64,000 nucleotides of DNA from Candidatus Bipolaricaulota bacterium (lineage in GTDB: Bacteria > Bipolaricaulota > Bipolaricaulia > UBA7950 > UBA9294): positions 1-64,000 of the forward strand of contig JBFMGK010000003.1 of the NCBI GenBank assembly GCA_040752575.1, in the 5' to 3' direction. The translations under genes and the position numbers were made by a program. Below are positions 1-9,299 of this stretch, in pieces. Position 1 is the first letter of the stretch. Each line of letters starts with the position of its first letter. The notes below the pieces were generated by a model. The model saw only the letters and a program-made list of their open reading frames with translations, searched no databases and was not told where the DNA came from.

Positions 1-1360
1 AGGCTGCGAGGACGCCGAGGAAGAGGCCCGGGCTGAGCGAAGGTGCAAAGGAGCCGACGCCAAGCGCCGGCCCGAGCAATCTGGTCCCGAAGAGGCTCAG
101 CACGCCGCCGAGGACGAGGCCCAAGATGCCTCCGATCAGCCCCATGAGACCGGAGTCGACAAGGAACAGGGCCATGACCTGTCCGTCGCGTGCCCCCACG
201 GCCTTGAGGATCCCGATCTCCCTCGTGCGTTCGAGGACCGCCGTGTACATCGTGTTCATCAGTCCGACGCCGCCCACGAGCAGGGCGACTGCAGCGATGC
301 TCGCTAGAACGGTCTCGATCATCCCGAGTGTCCCTTGGATGCTGTCGGCGATCTCCTGTACGGAGACGGGCGTCGCCGTCACGCCCTGCGAAGAGAGCTC
401 GGCCGTGATGGCGGTCATTACGGTGTCCACCGAGGCGCCGGTTTCCATCCGGACGATCGTCGTGCTATTCGTCGAGGCAGTCGGCCAGACACTTCTCGCC
501 CTCTCCTCCAGAACGAACAGCGAGTCCTCGGTGCTGGTGAACCCCCGAGTCAGAAGCGACGCCGTTCCCCCCATTTGCCCGACGGTCCGCGTGAGGTCGC
601 CGGCGCCCATCGCCGCGGGCCCTGCAGGTGCGCCGGGATCCTCCATGACGCCGGCGCTTCGGGTCGAGGCAAGAATCCCGACGACGACAAATGCTTCCCC
701 GCCGATGGTGATGCGATCTCCAACGGTCGCACCGAGGCTCTCCGCGCCTCGCGCGCCGAGGACGACCTGATTCTGTTCGGTGCTGGTGAATGTCGTGCCT
801 TCGGCAACCTGGAAGCCGGAGAGAATGGACGGGAACGATGCGAGGAAACCAAGCGACGGTGTCGTGAGCCGCAGGAAACCGCTTGCCGTGGGACCGTTAA
901 CGTTGACCACCCGGCTTCCGAGGTTCCCCGCTTCGATGAGTCCGGGCACGTCGGCCAGCAGCGCTTCTGTGTCGACCGTCGGCATGGCGACAGGAGCGCT
1001 CGTCGATGGCGACTGCCCGATCTGGCTCGGGGCGAATGTCCCTCCGGGCGTCGCCTGCGTCGTTCCGGCCGACGAGGCCTGTGGCTCCTGACGGCCGGCA
1101 AACGTTCCGCGCCCCGCCATTCGTTCCGTCAAGGCCGTCCCCAACGCGCGTTCGGCCATCACGCCCCCGCGGGGCAGGATGACGATGATGTCGTAGCCGA
1201 TGTCCTCGAACTGCTGCAGAACGGCCGTTTTGACTCCCGTTCCGATCGACAGGAGAGCCACGACGGCGGTTACGCCGATGAGGACCCCCAGGATGGTCAG
1301 CCAAGAGCGCGTTCTCCGGCTGCGGATGTTGCTCGCGGCCAAGCGAACGATGTGGATCAT
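1..1360 (-). CDS. MacB/FtsX-family ABC transporter permease (3' end runs off the window)
   Basis: Not in the ORF track; hand translation from ATG 1360 gives MIHIVRLAASNIRSRRTRSWLTILGVLIGVTAVVALLSIGTG and later MYTAVLERTREIGILKAVGA, both MacB permease motifs. ATGA overlap with the upstream ATPase stop. Confidence 0.9.
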   Translation of the reverse strand, partial: MIHIVRLAASNIRSRRTRSWLTILGVLIGVTAVVALLSIGTGVKTAVLQQFEDIGYDIIVILPRGGVMAERALGTALTERMAGRGTFAGRQEPQASSAGTTQATPGGTFAPSQIGQSPSTSAPVAMPTVDTEALLADVPGLIEAGNLGSRVVNVNGPTASGFLRLTTPSLGFLASFPSILSGFQVAEGTTFTSTEQNQVVLGARGAESLGATVGDRITIGGEAFVVVGILASTRSAGVMEDPGAPAGPAAMGAGDLTRTVGQMGGTASLLTRGFTSTEDSLFVLEERARSVWPTASTNSTTIVRMETGASVDTVMTAITAELSSQGVTATPVSVQEIADSIQGTLGMIETVLASIAAVALLVGGVGLMNTMYTAVLERTREIGILKAVGARDGQVMALFLVDSGLMGLIGGILGLVLGGVLSLFGTRLLGPALGVGSFAPSLSPGLFLGVLAA

Positions 1361-2052
1361 CTCTCCTCACCTCCCCTTACCGGCGCCCTGAACGACTCGA
1401 CCTGACCGTCGCGAAGCATCACAACGGCGTCTGCCTTCTCGGCGATCTCGGGGTTATGGGTGACCACGACGACGGTCTTTCCGCGTCGTACCAGGTCGCT
1501 GAGCAGGTCGAGGATGCGCAGTCCGGTCTGCGTGTCGAGATTGCCCGTGGGCTCGTCGGCCAGGATCAGCGCGGGATCGTTGACCAGAGCACGCGCGATC
1601 GCCACGCGCTGTTGCTCGCCGCCCGACAGCTTCGACGGCCGGTGCTGGGCGCGGGCAGCGAGGTCGACACCGGCGAGAGCCTCCTCGGCCCTCTTTCTTG
1701 CCGCAGCGACCTTCTCGCCGCGCAGAAGCAGCGGGAGTTCGACATTGCGCAGGGCGGACTGGTTCGGGATCAGATTGAACTTCTGGAAGACGAACCCGAC
1801 GTCGGTCGCCCGGAAGTCGGCGCGGTCCTTGGACGTGAGGCCACCGAGGTCGCGGCCGCCATACTCGACGCGTCCGCTCGTCGGCGTATCAAGACACCCT
1901 GCGAGATGGAGGAAGGTCGACTTCCCCGAGCCCGAGGGTCCCATGATCACCGACAGGTTCTTCGGCGGGATGGACACGCTCACGCCGCGTAACGCTTCGA
2001 CGCGCGTATCTCCCATTTGGTAGGTCTTGTGGACGGTATGGAAGGTGATCAT
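1357..2052 (-). CDS. ABC transporter ATP-binding protein (LolD/MacB-like)
   Basis: Walker A GPSGSGKS, signature LSGGEQQR, Walker B ILADEPTGNLD, VTHN. Start trimmed to MITFHTVHK behind a GGGGAG RBS. Confidence 0.93.
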   Translation of the reverse strand: MITFHTVHKTYQMGDTRVEALRGVSVSIPPKNLSVIMGPSGSGKSTFLHLAGCLDTPTSGRVEYGGRDLGGLTSKDRADFRATDVGFVFQKFNLIPNQSALRNVELPLLLRGEKVAAARKRAEEALAGVDLAARAQHRPSKLSGGEQQRVAIARALVNDPALILADEPTGNLDTQTGLRILDLLSDLVRRGKTVVVVTHNPEIAEKADAVVMLRDGQVESFRAPVRGGEER

Positions 2053-2062
2053 CGCTCTCCCC

Positions 2063-2755
2063 CTACGGCTCGCGAACGAACTCCGCCAGCTCGACAAGAC
2101 TGAACGTGCGGAAGATCCCTGTTCCCTGGTCCGCGGAATCCGCCGTGTACCGGAGAGCCATGCGCGCCGGGAAGGGGAGGAGATTGCGGATCTCGAGATC
2201 CACGGCGAACGAGAAGTCAATCTCCACGTTCGTGTAGTCGGCGTGGGTGTACGTACCGTGCACGACGTCGACGCCGGCGATCGTCCCCAGGTCGCCGGCC
2301 TGGAACCGCGCGCCGTCGGGAAGCAGATACTCGCGCCCCGGCTCGATCTCGCTCGCGGAGATGTAGGATAAGGGACTCATGTCGATCGTCCCGCTCGCGT
2401 TCTCGGCCACGCGAATCCCCAGACGCGGCAGAGAGATCCCGAAGAAGCCGATGTGAACCAGGTCAAGCGGCACTCGCTCCGTACTGGTCGAGACGATCTC
2501 GTACGTGCCGTCCTCGAGGGGCCTGATCTCGGTCGTCGTCGTCGACGCGCTCGTCGTCCCTTCACGCCCGACGCGATAGGTGTACTTCAGGTACCCGCCG
2601 GGATAGTCACCGCCGCCGAACAACTGAATGTCGGCCGGACGTTCGCCCCGCTCGCCGTCGGGCGGCGGAGCTTCCGCCGTTTGCGCAGCAACGATCCCGG
2701 CAAGGGCAACCAGGCCGGCCAGCGCAAGCCCAATCGATCTTGACACTCTCGTCAT
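2063..2755 (-). CDS. Exported protein of unknown function
   Basis: Signal peptide MTRVSRSIGLALAGLVALAGIVAA, GGAGGT RBS, first gene of the ABC operon. Confidence 0.75.
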   Translation of the reverse strand: MTRVSRSIGLALAGLVALAGIVAAQTAEAPPPDGERGERPADIQLFGGGDYPGGYLKYTYRVGREGTTSASTTTTEIRPLEDGTYEIVSTSTERVPLDLVHIGFFGISLPRLGIRVAENASGTIDMSPLSYISASEIEPGREYLLPDGARFQAGDLGTIAGVDVVHGTYTHADYTNVEIDFSFAVDLEIRNLLPFPARMALRYTADSADQGTGIFRTFSLVELAEFVREP

Positions 2756-2821
2756 GCTGAACCTCCACACGATCATCTGGGACGAGCGTAAGGGGGCACA
2801 ATGGAGCGGCCCGGGCATCCC

Positions 2822-2841
2822 TGTGGCAGATCTGTGGAGAA
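2822..2841 (-). promoter_or_regulatory. Candidate response-regulator box, copy 1 (TGTG-N7-TGTG on plus strand)
   Basis: TGTGGCAGATCTGTGGAGAA, 67 nt from the start at 2755; similar boxes at 30866 and 37483. Confidence 0.55.
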
Positions 2842-2862
2842 CCGGCATCGACCGGAGCCGGG

Positions 2863-3957
2863 TTAGGACGCTCCGGGGCGCGCCCCCAGGGTGACGGGAA
2901 CGGTAAGCGGCTGGCCGTTGCGGACGAGGTCCAGGCGCACGACTTGCCCGACGTGGGTTCTGAGCTCAAGGTGGACCGTGATCTCCGACATCTCCCGCAC
3001 CGGAACGTCGTCGATCCCGACAATCACATCGCCGCCGAGCGGAATCAGATAGGCGCCGAGGCGCACGCGCCTCGTTCCCGCGCGCAGGCCCGCCGCCTCG
3101 GCCGGCGAGTTCTCGGCGAACCCGAGAATCAGAACCCCTTCGGAAACCTGGGGCAGGAAACCCGTCGATCCCAGGAGGGCGATCGTTGTCTTGTTGAGGT
3201 CCAACGTTTCGATGCCGAGCCAAGGATGCGCATACGTGCCCTTCGCGAGCAGTTCAGGCACGACGCGCCGAATCGTGTTCGAGGAGATGGCGAACCCTAT
3301 CCCCGCGCTGGATCCGCTCGACGAGAGAATCTGCGAGTTCACGCCGATCACGCGCCCATCGAGGTCGAGGAGCGGTCCCCCGGAGTTGCCCGGGTTGATC
3401 GCGGCGTCGGTCTGGATCACCTCGCCAATGAACTGATTGGCCTCGGGGCTTTCGATCACCCGCCCCAGAGCGCTCACGATGCCTGTCGTCAGAGTCTGTT
3501 GAAGACCAAACGGGCTTCCAATCGCAAGGACAGTCTGTCCAATGCGGAGCAGGCCGGAGTCCGCGAGGCCGAGGGGCGGAGGTAGCGTTGTCGCCGTATC
3601 AACGGCCAAGACGGCAAGGTCGTTGCTCGCATCGCTGCCGACGACCCGCGCGACCACCTCTTCCCCGGAGGCCAGTGTGACGACCAGCTCATCGGCGCCT
3701 TCGACGACGTGGTAGTTGGTCACGATATGCCCGAGGTCGTCGTAGACAAACCCGGATCCCGTCCCTTCCTGAGGAATGGTCCCGAGAAACCAATTCATGA
3801 CGTAGGCGACGCTCGTGATGTTGACGACAGACGGGGCGCTGCGCTCGTAGACCGCAATGATTCGATCCTCAACGGCGGCGGCGGCCATCGCGAGACTCAG
3901 CCCGGTGATCGCCAACACCGACAGCAAGGCGCGGGCCCTCGAAGGATGCGTTCGCAT
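2863..3957 (-). CDS. HtrA/DegP-like trypsin serine protease with PDZ domain
   Basis: VTNYHVV, DLAVL, QTDAAINPGNSGGPL catalytic motifs, C-terminal PDZ, N-terminal signal sequence. Start trimmed to MRTHPS. Confidence 0.93.
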   Translation of the reverse strand: MRTHPSRARALLSVLAITGLSLAMAAAAVEDRIIAVYERSAPSVVNITSVAYVMNWFLGTIPQEGTGSGFVYDDLGHIVTNYHVVEGADELVVTLASGEEVVARVVGSDASNDLAVLAVDTATTLPPPLGLADSGLLRIGQTVLAIGSPFGLQQTLTTGIVSALGRVIESPEANQFIGEVIQTDAAINPGNSGGPLLDLDGRVIGVNSQILSSSGSSAGIGFAISSNTIRRVVPELLAKGTYAHPWLGIETLDLNKTTIALLGSTGFLPQVSEGVLILGFAENSPAEAAGLRAGTRRVRLGAYLIPLGGDVIVGIDDVPVREMSEITVHLELRTHVGQVVRLDLVRNGQPLTVPVTLGARPGAS

Positions 3958-4072
3958 GTTGCCTCCACTCGGTTCTTCTCGGGTGCAGTACCTCGGTTCG
4001 AGCGTACGCCGCGCCCGTGAACGAGGCGCGGCGGTCTTGCGGCATGCTCGTAGAGGGACTGCGGCGGCAGGT

Positions 4073-4729
4073 TTACGGACGGTCGGCCGCCGGCTCTTCG
4101 ACCACCGGCCACGGAATGGGCCCCACGCCGCAGTCCGCAACGAAGGAGGCCACCGAAGCACGAACCGACACGACGTCTCCCACGCCCGCAGGGACCTCGG
4201 CGGCAAAGCGGACGCGCTCGCCGGGCTCGATGCCGTTCACGTCGACCAGCGTCTCGGCAATGCGCACATCGTCTCGGTCGTAGAACTTCACGCGGACGAC
4301 GACGGAACGCAGGTCGTGGGGAGACGCGTTGCGCATCGTGCCGAGAACTCGCGTCGGAAAGCCCGTCGACCACGAGACGTCGAACAGCTCGACGACCGGG
4401 ACCACGCGGACGACGCGCGCGGCCTCCGAAGACACCCCACGGTCGTCGGTCACGGTGAGGCGCACGGTGTAGTCGCCCGGGCCTTCGAAGGCGTGCGACA
4501 CCCATCCGCCGGCATCGCTCCACACGGTCCCGTCGCCGAAGTCCCAATCCGTCCGGACGATCCAGTGGCCCTCGGCCGTCGTCGATGTCGATGTGAACTG
4601 CACATCGAGCCCTCCCCGCCAGCCGTCAGGGCAGTCGACAAACTGCGCGACGGGAGGGATGCGCGGGGCGAAGCAGCCGCCCACCGCCAAGATCCCCACC
4701 GCGACCAGCGCAATCCCCCACCGTTTCAT
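4073..4729 (-). CDS. Lipoprotein with PKD domain and C-terminal FxLYD-like domain
   Basis: Lipobox-like AVGGC; WDFGDG and YTVRLTVTD (PKD); VRVKFYDRD. Confidence 0.8.
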   Translation of the reverse strand: MKRWGIALVAVGILAVGGCFAPRIPPVAQFVDCPDGWRGGLDVQFTSTSTTAEGHWIVRTDWDFGDGTVWSDAGGWVSHAFEGPGDYTVRLTVTDDRGVSSEAARVVRVVPVVELFDVSWSTGFPTRVLGTMRNASPHDLRSVVVRVKFYDRDDVRIAETLVDVNGIEPGERVRFAAEVPAGVGDVVSVRASVASFVADCGVGPIPWPVVEEPAADRP

Positions 4730-4880
4730 GGAAGCCTCCCCATACTAGATCAGAACTGCGTTTCTGCGCCACTGCACGCCGCGTCTCCGCCGTGAGACGA
4801 TACGGAGACGTTGTCCCGGCAATCTCTCCTCGGCCCGCCACGTAGTGAGGATGGGAGCATCGCACCGCCCGACCCACCCT

Positions 4881-5708
4881 CTACGCATGCGGGCCACTTT
4901 CTTTCATCTTGCCTCCGGACCGCTGGCGCACGGCTTCATAGAGCAGGACCGCCGCCGCGGCAGAGACGTTCAGCGAATCGTTCCGCCCCAGCATCGGGAT
5001 CCGCACTACTACGTCTCCCGCGGCCAGAAGATCGGAGGACAACCCCGCATCCTCAGCCCCCACAGCAATCGCAACGGATCCCTTGAGGTCCACGTCAACA
5101 TAGGACGATCGGGCCTCCGGAGAAGTCACAACCAAGCGAACGCCCCGACTTCGCAACCAAGCGGCGGTTTCGGCCGTCGTCGCCGTAGCCAGCGGCAGGA
5201 AGAACGCCGTGCCGAGGCTCGCGCGAAGAACGTTGGGGTTCCCGAGGTCGGCGGCCGGATCGCACAGAATGACCCCGTCGGCACCGGCGCCGTCGGCCGT
5301 CCGCAGGAGGGCGCCGAGATTCCCCGGCTTCTCCACCCGCTCAGCGACCAGGAAGAGCGACGTCGGCAAGGTGCGAAGATCGTCCAACCGTCTTCCGGGT
5401 GCGGGGCCGACGGCCAGAACTCCGTCGGGCCCTTCGCGATACGACATCTTGCGGAACGGCTCCACCGCCACGACAACCACGGGAACGCCAAGGCGCTCGG
5501 CAAGACAATGTGCCTCAGCCACGCCGTCGCCGCCGAGGTCGGGGGACACGTAGACCTCGGTGGGAAGCCAGCCGTTCTCGAGGGCTCGCTCAACCTCTCG
5601 CCGTCCCTCCAGGACCGTGAGCCCGACGCGACGCCGGAACCCGGCGTCGCGTTGCAGACGTGCAATCGTCTTGACGCGATCGTTGGCCGCGCTGCGAATC
5701 TCGTCCAC
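4881..5708 (-). CDS. TrmH/SpoU-family RNA 2'-O-methyltransferase
   Basis: EKPGNLGALLRTADGAG, VGAEDAGLS, IPMLGRNDSLNVS motifs. Confidence 0.93.
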   Translation of the reverse strand: MDEIRSAANDRVKTIARLQRDAGFRRRVGLTVLEGRREVERALENGWLPTEVYVSPDLGGDGVAEAHCLAERLGVPVVVVAVEPFRKMSYREGPDGVLAVGPAPGRRLDDLRTLPTSLFLVAERVEKPGNLGALLRTADGAGADGVILCDPAADLGNPNVLRASLGTAFFLPLATATTAETAAWLRSRGVRLVVTSPEARSSYVDVDLKGSVAIAVGAEDAGLSSDLLAAGDVVVRIPMLGRNDSLNVSAAAAVLLYEAVRQRSGGKMKESGPHA

Positions 5709-5735
5709 GCGGACCTCCGCCGAACCCGGGCTGCC

Positions 5736-7256
5736 CTATTCTTCCTCCACGGAGAGGACGTACGAAACCGTCGTGTCGCCGGCATAGAGCTCCACCGTGA
5801 TCCAGTACGTTCCCGGTTCGAGGTCTACGACGAGTTTGCTCCACAGCCCGTCTCCGCTGTCGTCATCGCATCCGACGGTTGCCCCGTCCTCATCATAGAG
5901 GCACATGTACGTGTCCCCGTCGCCGTCGCCGGAAGTCTCGAGGAGCAGCGTGGCCGCGTGGTCGAGGGTGAAGCTGAACCCGTCAAGGTCCGTCGGCGAC
6001 ACTTCGGCCAGCACCTCGCAAGGCAACGTGAGCGCCATCGCCGTCTCCTCGTCGTCGTTGGGTTCGACCTCATCCAACGCCGCGGGGCAGGACCCCGGTT
6101 CGACGGTCAGCGTGTAGTCGAACGTCGCCTCCGGCTGTCCTCCGGAAACAAAGACCACGTAGTTCCCGGCCGTCAGCCTTCTCTGGAGGCCGCTCCACAG
6201 CTCTTCATTGCTCAGGTCCCGGCACCCTAACTCGTTCCCGGCCTCGTCGGCCAGGCACACGACGCTCCCGCCGCCGGCGGGGCCTGCCGTGGAGACGCGC
6301 ACACACGTCTCCTGCGCAAGGGTGAAGGCAAACGCGTCGACGTCACCGGGGGCCAAGAACTGGTGCACCGTGATCGTCTCTCCGGCGGGGAGCGTCCCCA
6401 GGTCGACCGCCTCGGTCGCCGTGTCATTCGGTTCCACGTCCCGGAGAACCATAGGAACGAACCGCAGCTCGTACTCCGCGATTCCCTCGTTGTCCGCATA
6501 CTCGTGAACGCGCACCGCGTATGGTCCCGGCGCCGGGTTCAGGAGATGAATGCGGCTCCAGGCCTCGCCACCCGAATCGTCATCGCGCTGGACCGGGACG
6601 AGGTATCCCAGGTCGGAGTCCAGCGCGTAGAGCACGAGGACGCTGTCGGCGTCGATCACGGCCGTGGTCTCGATGCGCACGATTCTCGACAACGTCTGAA
6701 GCGGCGCTCCCCACGCGGTGGGCACGGCGAACGCGAAGAAGTCCACGTCGCCGGCAGGATCGATCGCCGCGTGAACGGAGAAGGGCCCTTCGTCGGTCCA
6801 TCTGACGACGGTCGCCTCGACAAGCCCGTCGTTGGATTCCCGCTCCAGCGCTCCGGTGATCTGCAGCGTGTAGCTTCCCACCGCGAGGCCGGCATTCTGC
6901 ACGCGCAGCCGATAGGCGCCGGGCTCCGTCAGGATGTACAGAGTCGTCTCGCCCGAGGCAACGAAAACTCCATCGTCGCGGAAGAGCACCAGCTGCCAGA
7001 TGCCTTCGCCCTCGACGCTCAACCGCAGCGAGCGTGCCTCGCCGCCGCCAAGAGTGAACGCGTACGCATCGAGGTCCCCCGCGTAGTCCGCCGCTCCGCG
7101 GACGACGATCGTCGCGGCCGTATCTCCCACTTCGCCGATCGCCTGAGGAACGGCGTCGTTGGGTTCTACCTCCGCAAGGGGAGCGGCCCCCAAAGCCACT
7201 GAACCGAAGCACAGCACGATCATGGCCCATGCCGCCATCCGGAGTGCGCGATGCAT
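5736..7256 (-). CDS. Exported protein with four tandem pre-peptidase C-terminal (PPC)-like domains
   Basis: Signal peptide; repeats EVEPND/ERESND/DVEPND/EVEPND, each followed by a D-x-D-x-F/Y motif; DDDSG twice. Confidence 0.8.
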   Translation of the reverse strand: MHRALRMAAWAMIVLCFGSVALGAAPLAEVEPNDAVPQAIGEVGDTAATIVVRGAADYAGDLDAYAFTLGGGEARSLRLSVEGEGIWQLVLFRDDGVFVASGETTLYILTEPGAYRLRVQNAGLAVGSYTLQITGALERESNDGLVEATVVRWTDEGPFSVHAAIDPAGDVDFFAFAVPTAWGAPLQTLSRIVRIETTAVIDADSVLVLYALDSDLGYLVPVQRDDDSGGEAWSRIHLLNPAPGPYAVRVHEYADNEGIAEYELRFVPMVLRDVEPNDTATEAVDLGTLPAGETITVHQFLAPGDVDAFAFTLAQETCVRVSTAGPAGGGSVVCLADEAGNELGCRDLSNEELWSGLQRRLTAGNYVVFVSGGQPEATFDYTLTVEPGSCPAALDEVEPNDDEETAMALTLPCEVLAEVSPTDLDGFSFTLDHAATLLLETSGDGDGDTYMCLYDEDGATVGCDDDSGDGLWSKLVVDLEPGTYWITVELYAGDTTVSYVLSVEEE

Positions 7257-7363
7257 CGTGAGCTCCTTTCCTCGAGGCGCGCCCCGCAAGGTTCGGCGCG
7301 TCGGGAACGAACCGCAATCATCCACCCTACGAGAGGGGGTTCACGCCGTCAACTCCACGTCCG

Positions 7364-8683
7364 CTAAGCATCCAGGCGGAACGGCGGGTAGACGTCGGTC
7401 ATCAGCGCAACGTAGGCTGCAACGCGAAGGGCCCAGCGATTGGCCCCGACGACGAGACGGAATAGATCCTCGGGGTAGCGGCCGGTGAACAGCAACGCAA
7501 CGCCGCTGTAGAGCGCGAGAAGAAACACGAGGCCTCCGTAGGCGAAGCCCGTCCCCCCGACCAGCAGTCCGACAACAAGGTAGTGTGGTACCGCGAGGAG
7601 CCACCACTTCACGAAGGCGATCCGTCTTGAAAGCGCAGCGGGGTAGGGCACATCGAGATCAGCCGGGTAGCCTCCGGCGCGCAGAGAGAACGGCGGATAC
7701 TCGTCGGTCGCCAGAGCGAGGTAGCCGTAGTAGCCCACCCTCCACGTCCAGCGCAGGACGCCGACATTGAAATCGAACAGACCCCGGGGGTAGCGCCCGG
7801 TCAGCAGGATGGCAATCCACGAGATCCCCCACGACACGACGAAGCCCGCCCACAGGAAGCCCAGGACGAAGGCGTGGGGGATGAGCAGCAACCCCTTGAC
7901 GAGCCAAAGGAGCGGCGAGAGGTTCCCTGGAGGATCTGCGCGCAGCGTAAGTGGGAAGGTCTGCGGCGAGATGGACGGCGAGGAGTCGTCTCCCGCACGG
8001 GTGACGGCACTCGACCGGCGTGCGCAGAGAATCACGACGAGGGCGCCGAGAAGGAAGATCGCAACGCCGACGCCGAGGACGACACCGGCCAGCGTCAACA
8101 GGATAGGCGCCCGGGCCGCGAGCGACACAGAGGCATCAACCCCCGATGTCGCGTCCGCATTCATCAGGACAACGGCCACATCGCTCGGTTCGATGCGCCA
8201 CGTCAACGTCTGGGAGAGCGTTCCGGTCGCGCTGGTGAGCCAGAAGGGTTGGGCGGACGGCACGGCGGGCTCTCCGCTTCCCTGGATCTCGCGCACGTCG
8301 ATGAAGGCAGGCTCTTTGCGATCCCCCCGGACGGCGTGCCGTTCGGTGATCTCGGCGCGGCTCACGCCCTGCAGGTAGTTGTCCACGTCGGCCCGCGAGG
8401 CCAATCCGACGAACAGCGCGGCCGCCGCGCCTTGCGGCGAAACGCGGAGGCGAAGGGTCACCTCGTGGCGGAGCCAGAACCAGGGGCCGGCGCGGAAGTC
8501 GGCCGGGGCAACGATCGCATAGCCGTCCGAACGGACGACCGTCGGGCGCATCGTGACGTAGCCTTCGGCATCCGCCAGCACGCGCTCCGCAACCAGGACG
8601 CCCCCGCCACCTAGGATCATCCCCAGTCCGGAGAGGGCGACAAGACTCCCCAGGACAATACCCACGACTCTTCCCGTGCTCAC
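7364..8683 (-). CDS. DUF4389-type membrane protein
   Basis: Two repeats of LL(A/L)xPH...TGRYP...W...YPPF. Confidence 0.85.
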   Translation of the reverse strand: MSTGRVVGIVLGSLVALSGLGMILGGGGVLVAERVLADAEGYVTMRPTVVRSDGYAIVAPADFRAGPWFWLRHEVTLRLRVSPQGAAAALFVGLASRADVDNYLQGVSRAEITERHAVRGDRKEPAFIDVREIQGSGEPAVPSAQPFWLTSATGTLSQTLTWRIEPSDVAVVLMNADATSGVDASVSLAARAPILLTLAGVVLGVGVAIFLLGALVVILCARRSSAVTRAGDDSSPSISPQTFPLTLRADPPGNLSPLLWLVKGLLLIPHAFVLGFLWAGFVVSWGISWIAILLTGRYPRGLFDFNVGVLRWTWRVGYYGYLALATDEYPPFSLRAGGYPADLDVPYPAALSRRIAFVKWWLLAVPHYLVVGLLVGGTGFAYGGLVFLLALYSGVALLFTGRYPEDLFRLVVGANRWALRVAAYVALMTDVYPPFRLDA

Positions 8684-8901
8684 GCCGTCCTCCTTCGACG
8701 CTTCAATGCAGGAACATGACCTTCCATGCTACGAGTTCCCGCTGCGGGGCGGCAACATCCGATGGCAGACCCCCGTGGGAGACGCCGTCCCAGCGGACGC
8801 TTGGCGGCGAAGCTCTGGACCCTGCCTCGCGCAGAGGACGCACGTCGCGCGTTCGAGTAGACTGGGACGGTCTCGGTGGACGAGGCCGCAAAGGAGGATC
8901 C

Positions 8902-9255
8902 ATGAGCCGACGTCTGCTCTTCGGAGTCTTGCTGGTTCTCGGCACGGCGTTGCTCGCGTCGTGCGTCTACATCGCCAATCTTCAGCCCATCGCGATCTTC
9001 ACCGCAACCCCGACGCACGGAACGACGCCGCTTGCCGTCCAGTTCGACGCCACCGCATCGTACGATCCCGACGGCGCGCTCGCAGCGTTCCTTTGGGACT
9101 TCGGCGACGGCCAGACGGCTTCGACAAGCGTCTTCCCGTTTGCCCATGTGTTCATCGTGCAGAGCACCTCGGAGGTGTTCACCGTAGTCCTCACGGTGAC
9201 GGACCTTGAGGGGGCACAGGACACGGCCGTCCAGAATGTGACCGTCGATCCGTAG
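8902..9255 (+). CDS. PKD-domain lipoprotein
   Basis: AGGAGG RBS, lipobox LLASC, FDATASYDPDG, WDFGDG, LTVTD. Confidence 0.85.
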   Translation: MSRRLLFGVLLVLGTALLASCVYIANLQPIAIFTATPTHGTTPLAVQFDATASYDPDGALAAFLWDFGDGQTASTSVFPFAHVFIVQSTSEVFTVVLTVTDLEGAQDTAVQNVTVDP

Positions 9256-9299
9256 ATCCCGCGAGACAGGGGAACCCGCAACGAGCTAAGGAGCGCTCC

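Noticed and set aside
126..1405. Plus-strand ORFs 126-770 and 335-1405
   Set aside because: Antisense shadows of the MacB-type permease; high GC keeps alternative frames open.
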